Part shown: positions 8,979 through 13,090 of the stretch, one piece after another
Layout of the letters: every line of letters starts with the position of its first letter
Numbering within the stretch: position 1 is the stretch's first letter
Virus record (IMG/VR): IMGVR_UViG_3300029504_000072
Origin: a virus
Lineage: Duplodnaviria; Heunggongvirae; Uroviricota; Caudoviricetes
Reading direction: 5' to 3' (one strand)
DNA length: 13,090 bases
Notes under the pieces: model-generated
The model's database searches: none
Seen by the model: only the letters and a program-made list of their open reading frames with translations
What the model was told of the DNA's origin: nothing
Position numbers and translations under genes: made by a program

Positions 8979-9209
8979 ATGAAAAAAATAATAGTTTTTT
9001 TTAACTCTGAACCAGCAATGGTAGTGCCAGTGATGACCGGAGTTAACACCATCATGCGTGAATATCCAAATGGCGAAACAACACACCTCACTGTAATGGC
9101 TGCAGGGTTTCCATCTCTGACCGGAGATCATAAAGTCATTTATGTAGCAGCGGATCGACATGTAACTTCAGAAGAAATTCTGGAAGCAGCAATGAGACTC
9201 TTGAATTGA
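8979..9209 (+). CDS. Hypothetical 76-aa protein between cspI and gnsB (YnfN/YmcE-position gene)
   Basis: ATG at 8979 (the track's ORF starts at GTG 8940); product MKKIIVFFNSEPAMVVPVMTG...; assigned by position only. Confidence 0.45.
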   Translation: MKKIIVFFNSEPAMVVPVMTGVNTIMREYPNGETTHLTVMAAGFPSLTGDHKVIYVAADRHVTSEEILEAAMRLLN

Positions 9210-9303
9210 TTTGATTCTAATGCATTGATAATAAATGATAATCATCTTTATCTGTTTGTGTGAAATTTAGACCGTCGTATGTTGATTATTGCGATGTTTC
9301 ATC

Positions 9304-9332
9304 TTATCTTTTATACGCTTGCTCCATATAAT
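9304..9332 (+). promoter_or_regulatory. Candidate sigma70 promoter upstream of gnsB-like gene
   Basis: Consensus -10 TATAAT at 9327-9332, about 50 nt upstream of the start codon; -35 is weak (TTATCT). Confidence 0.3.
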
Positions 9333-9381
9333 TGACACTACTGTGTACCAGGAAAGTCATAACAGACTAAAAGAGGAAATG

Positions 9382-9555
9382 ATGAACATTGAAGAGTTAA
9401 AAACAAAAACAGAAGCAGATATTTCTGAATATATAACAAAAAAAATCATTGAGCTTAAGAAAAAGACCGGGAAAGAAGTTACCAGTATCCAGTTTACTGC
9501 ACGGGAAAAAATGACTGGTCTTGAAAGCTATGATATCAAGATTGATTTAATCTAG
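9382..9555 (+). CDS. gnsB: GnsA/GnsB-family small protein (57 aa)
   Basis: MNIEELKTKTEADISEYITKKIIELKKKTGKEVTSIQFTAREKMTGLESYDIKIDLI; RBS AAGAGGA at 9371-9377. True start is the internal ATG (9382, or 9379), not the track's 9289. Confidence 0.8.
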   Translation: MNIEELKTKTEADISEYITKKIIELKKKTGKEVTSIQFTAREKMTGLESYDIKIDLI

Positions 9556-9615
9556 TCTGTTTAGTATTAGCATCAATTTCTCATCAGATGCTATTCAACA
9601 ATACAAATTACCCAT

Positions 9616-9640
9616 AAACCTCGTTTTTACGGGGTTTTGT
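9616..9640 (+). terminator. Putative intrinsic terminator after the gnsB-like gene
   Basis: Stem ACCTCG / CGGGGT (one G-U pair), loop TTTTTA, then TTTTGTTATATTT. Confidence 0.4.
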
Positions 9641-9848
9641 TATATTTAAACATTACCGAATAGGTATAAATCTCGATTGTCGATGGTATTGGTTGTGTGA
9701 CAATACCTAGTCTTTCCGGTATGCCTGAAGAGAATACAAACGACAGATTATGTAAGGGAAACGCGCTGAATCTTTAACTCTTTCATGCTGAGTGATTTGA
9801 CGTTATATTTTTAGCCGTAAGTGAAGAGCAAACGCATGGAGCGACATA

Positions 9849-10055
9849 ATGCATAAAGATCAATACACTGATGCCCCCTCCCAGGAGCAGGTTCGTGTAA
9901 AAACTATGCTTAATAGCACCATTTCGATGGGTTACCCGGATGTTGTAATTGCATGTATAGAACATCAAGTGTCTCTGGAAGCATTCAGGGCAATTGAGGC
10001 CGCGTTAGTAAAGCACGATAAGAATACGAAGGATTATTCCCTGGTGGTTGACTGA
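9849..10055 (+). CDS. Hypothetical 68-aa protein
   Basis: GGAG at 9838-9841, 7 nt before the ATG; product [40 protein letters not shown]...; no family recognised. Confidence 0.45.
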   Translation: MHKDQYTDAPSQEQVRVKTMLNSTISMGYPDVVIACIEHQVSLEAFRAIEAALVKHDKNTKDYSLVVD

Positions 10056-10399
10056 TCACCATAACTGCTAACCATTCTGACCATTTCACAAGTGACAGAG
10101 TCAATATCGTATTCTGTCACTGTCAGGCTAATACAGCAATGCAATTCAACTACAGCAATGCCTCGTATTTAGGTGAATTTACAATATCGTCCAGTTCGGA
10201 TGCCGGCTGCATTTCTGAAGATAAGGCATTTCGGTTCTCGTATTTTCCCCTCATGCTCGTCAGTCCTGCGCGTAGTAAGAGACAGGACACTCACACTAAT
10301 TTGTGTGGGCATGCTGTGATGTCCTTCTGAATTATCCCCATGCCATTATGTAAAGCTCTGTTACAGATGCTCGTCACGGTTGTCAGGCTGTCGGGTCCT

Positions 10400-10560
10400 C
10401 CCAGTGGGGGGCCCTGCCACGGGGCGGGAGCGTCGCGGAAAAAGGCTAGTTTTTGAAATTTTATTCGTCATCACCACTACTGTAATTGATTGGTATTACA
10501 GTGGTTTTATTTTTATGGTGTCGATTCTGATTGTTTTTTGTTCATCGCTAACACCGTTTG
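10400..10560 (+). other. Lambda-like cohesive-end site (cos), predicted cosN overhang GGGCGGGAGCGT at 10422-10433
   Basis: GC-rich CACGGGGCGGGAGCGTCGCGG in an AT-rich context matches lambda ACGGGGCGGCGACCTCGCGGG at 16 of 21 positions; downstream TTGAAATTTTATTCGTCAT echoes lambda cosB; 8-bp inverted repeat ACTGTAAT/ATTACAGT at 10479-10502; sits directly upstream of the terminase small-subunit gene as in lambda. Confidence 0.6.
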
Positions 10561-10607
10561 CCTAAAGTTGTTCGCAAGATGCATGTTTAAAACATTCTGG
10601 AGCGGGT

Positions 10608-11102
10608 ATGGATCGAGAGTTAAAAAATCTGACGCTGAATATCAGTCAACTGGCGGCATTGTCAGGTGTACATCGCCAGACTGCTGCGGCAAGGCTGCAA
10701 AATCTACCCGTTGCAGGGGGGCATGAAAGCAACCTCAAGCTTTATCGGGTGGTTGATATTGTATCGGCATTTCTGGCATTACCACCGCCGGTTGCAGAAG
10801 GCGAAATGGACGCGCATGAGCGCAAAGCCTGGTATCAGTCTGAACGTGAGCGTCTTAAGTTCGAACAGGAAACGGCACAACTCATTCCGGCCAGTGATGT
10901 CAGACGGGAGTTTGCCATCTGGGCAAAAGCGGTCGTGCAGGTGCTGGAGACATTACCGGATATTCTTGAACGTGACTGCGGTCTGCAGCCTGCCGCTGTG
11001 AGCCGTGTTCAGTCCATTATTGATGATCTGCGCGATCAGATAGCCCTGCGGGTGACTGAAGCAGGTGCGGATGATGAGGAGGAATTACAGCAGGAGGAGT
11101 AA
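10608..11102 (+). CDS. Terminase small subunit (lambda Nu1 / NohA-like)
   Basis: 164-aa ORF with N-terminal HTH (LTLNISQLAALSGVHRQTAAARL) and acidic C-terminus; RBS GGAGCGGG; immediately after cos and before the large subunit; stop overlaps the next start (TAATG). Confidence 0.85.
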   Translation: MDRELKNLTLNISQLAALSGVHRQTAAARLQNLPVAGGHESNLKLYRVVDIVSAFLALPPPVAEGEMDAHERKAWYQSERERLKFEQETAQLIPASDVRREFAIWAKAVVQVLETLPDILERDCGLQPAAVSRVQSIIDDLRDQIALRVTEAGADDEEELQQEE

Positions 11103-13090
11103 TGCTGAATCAGGAAACCGCAAAGGCAGCACGAACCGATTCAGGTTATATCCTTCGCGCACCGAGACGAATGCGGGTTGCTGATGCCGTTGCTCAGTAT
11201 ATGCGGGTGCCCATGGGGGCAGGGAACTCAGTCCCGTGGGATCCGCTGGTGGCACCGTATGTTATTGAGCCTATGAACTGCCTGGCCTCGCGTGAATACG
11301 ACGCAGTGATATTTGTTGGCCCGGCACGAACCGGCAAGACTATCGGCCTGATTGACGGCTGGGTGATTTACAACGTGATTTGCGATCCTGCGGATATGCT
11401 GATCATTCAGATGACAGAGGAAAAAGCCCGCGAACACTCCAAAAAACGACTCGCCAGAACGTTTCGCGTCAGCCCGGAAGTGGTCAGTCGCCTGAGTCCG
11501 AACAAAAATGACAACAACGTTTATGACAGAACATTCCTTGCTGGCAACTACCTGAAAATCGGCTGGCCGTCAGTCAATATCATGTCCTCATCAGATTATA
11601 AATGCGTCGCGCTGACGGATTATGACCGTTTTCCGGAAGATATTGATGGCGAGGGGGATGCCTTCTCTCTTGCCTCAAAACGTACCACCACATTTATGTC
11701 CAGCGGTATGACGCTGGTGGAGAGTTCCCCCGGCAGGGATGTGAAGGATGTGAAATGGCGACGGACTTCACCGCATGAGGCTCCACCAACCACGGGGATC
11801 CTGTCGCTCTATAACCGTGGTGATCGCCGTCGCTGGTACTGGCCATGTCCACACTGTGGTGAGTATTTTCAGCCCTGCGGCGATGTGGTTGCTGGTTTCC
11901 GTGATATTGCCGATCCCGTGCTGGCAAGTGAGGCGGCTTATATTCAGTGTCCTTTCTGTTCAGGACGGATTATGCCTGAACAAAAACGTGAGCTGAACGG
12001 ACGTGGGGTCTGGTTGCGGGATGGTGAATCCATCAATGCGGATGGCAGTCGTTATGGTGATCCCAGGCGTTCACGTATTGCGTCATTCTGGATGGAGGGT
12101 CCGGCAGCTGCTTACCAGACACTCTCGCAACTCGTTTACAAACTGCTTACTGCAGAACAGGAATACGAGACAACCGGAAGTGAAGAAACACTCAAGACGG
12201 TTATCAATACCGACTGGGGATTACCTTATCTTCCCCGCGCCAGCATGGAGCAACGAAAAAGTGAACTGCTTGAGCAGCGGGCAGAGCCAGTTCCTTCCCG
12301 CAGTGTGCCAGATGGCGTTAATTTTCTTGTGGCGACAGTGGATGTGCAGGCGGGACGTCATCGCCGTTTTGTGGTTCAGGTAACGGGCTATGGCAGCCGT
12401 GGCGAACGCTGGATTATTGATCGTTACAACATCACGCAGTCATTGCGCGGTGACAGCGACGGGGAGAGCCAGCGAATTGATCCGGCCAGCTATCCGGAAG
12501 ACTGGGATGTCCTGCTGACGGATGTTTTTCATAAAAGCTGGCCGCTGGCCTCCGATCCTTCTCAACAAATGCGACTGATGGCAATGGCGGTGGACTCCGG
12601 CGGTGAAGACGGGGTCACTGATAATGCCTATAAATTCTGGCGTCGTTGCCGTCGTGATGGCCTTGGTAAACGTATTTACCTGTTTAAGGGCGACAGCATC
12701 CGGCGCGCAAAACTGATCACCCGTACATTCCCTGATAACACCGGACGAACGGGCCGACGGGCGCAGGCCGCAGGTGATGTGCCGCTCTGGCTTCTTCAGA
12801 CGGATGCACTGAAAGACCGGGTGAATAACGCGTTATGGCGTGACTCGCCAGGTCCCGGCTATGTGCATTTCCCTGACTGGCTGGGGAGCTGGTTTTACGA
12901 CGAACTGACGTATGAAGAGCGGAGCAGTGACGGGAAATGGAGTAAGCCGGGTCGCGGTGCCAACGAAGCTTTTGACCTGATGGTGTATGCCGAGGCTCTG
13001 GTCATTCTGCATGGATACGAAAAGATCCGCTGGCCGGATGCACCGGAGTGGGCGAGCCGGGAAACCTGGCTGGAGTGTGTCCCGGACAGC
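11102..13090 (+). CDS. Terminase large subunit (lambda gpA family), 3'-partial: runs off the window end
   Basis: Hand translation of frame 2 from ATG 11102 gives 663 codons with no stop to position 13090. Walker A VGPARTGKT; zinc-finger-like WPCPHCGEYF...CPFCSG comparable to lambda gpA ACPHCGEE; acidic nuclease-like motifs downstream. Not in the ORF track because it has no in-window stop. Confidence 0.9.
   Translation, partial: MLNQETAKAARTDSGYILRAPRRMRVADAVAQYMRVPMGAGNSVPWDPLVAPYVIEPMNCLASREYDAVIFVGPARTGKTIGLIDGWVIYNVICDPADMLIIQMTEEKAREHSKKRLARTFRVSPEVVSRLSPNKNDNNVYDRTFLAGNYLKIGWPSVNIMSSSDYKCVALTDYDRFPEDIDGEGDAFSLASKRTTTFMSSGMTLVESSPGRDVKDVKWRRTSPHEAPPTTGILSLYNRGDRRRWYWPCPHCGEYFQPCGDVVAGFRDIADPVLASEAAYIQCPFCSGRIMPEQKRELNGRGVWLRDGESINADGSRYGDPRRSRIASFWMEGPAAAYQTLSQLVYKLLTAEQEYETTGSEETLKTVINTDWGLPYLPRASMEQRKSELLEQRAEPVPSRSVPDGVNFLVATVDVQAGRHRRFVVQVTGYGSRGERWIIDRYNITQSLRGDSDGESQRIDPASYPEDWDVLLTDVFHKSWPLASDPSQQMRLMAMAVDSGGEDGVTDNAYKFWRRCRRDGLGKRIYLFKGDSIRRAKLITRTFPDNTGRTGRRAQAAGDVPLWLLQTDALKDRVNNALWRDSPGPGYVHFPDWLGSWFYDELTYEERSSDGKWSKPGRGANEAFDLMVYAEALVILHGYEKIRWPDAPEWASRETWLECVPDS

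Noticed and set aside
8762-9161. Track ORFs 8762-8962(-) and 8937-9161(-)
   Set aside because: Antisense to the Zn-ribbon ORF, terminator and 76-aa ORF; no start signals.
9289-9381. 5' extension of the gnsB-like ORF (track start 9289)
   Set aside because: The extension covers the promoter-like TATAAT and precedes the RBS AAGAGGA; GnsA/GnsB-family proteins are about 57 aa and start at MNIEEL.
9783-9968. Track ORF 9783-9968(-)
   Set aside because: Antisense to and overlapping the RBS-supported 68-aa plus-strand ORF; no start signals of its own.
10139-11001. Track ORFs 10139-10330, 10380-10565, 10490-10726, 10666-11001 (+)
   Set aside because: They lie across the cos region or overlap the terminase small subunit out of frame; the sequence there is better explained as cosQ/cosN/cosB DNA and the Nu1-like gene.
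11228-12383. Track ORFs 11228-11437(-), 11694-11927(-), 11775-11996(+), 12003-12383(+)
   Set aside because: All fall inside the continuous 663-codon terminase large-subunit frame, which has clear Walker A and gpA-like motifs.

Overview
The window reads as the late/packaging end of a degenerate lambdoid (Qin-like, E. coli-type) prophage, preceded by an AT-rich cargo region. Left to right: a tyrosine integrase (90-1184); two small exported/membrane ORFs; a complete IS5 (1914-3108, CTAA target duplication); a cargo island with a divergent Blc lipocalin lipoprotein (minus strand), a DUF523/DUF1722 fusion protein and an AppY-like AraC regulator; a lysis cassette (dual-start pinholin, two small moron ORFs, SAR endolysin, Rz with embedded Rz1); a cold-shock/moron cluster (CspI-like, a Zn-ribbon ORF, a 76-aa ORF, GnsB-like, a 68-aa ORF); a lambda-like cos site; then the terminase small subunit and the N-terminal 663 codons of the terminase large subunit, which runs off the window end and is absent from the supplied ORF track. 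No Q antiterminator, repressor or replication genes lie between the integrase and the lysis genes, so the element looks cryptic or remodelled. I found no tRNA, rRNA or CRISPR array. I do not see a clear-cut novel multi-gene system with recognisable defence domains; the best candidates for new biology are the cargo island and the small-ORF morons around the lysis and csp genes. All family assignments come from reading motifs and from recalled protein families, not from database searches; coordinates were derived by hand.
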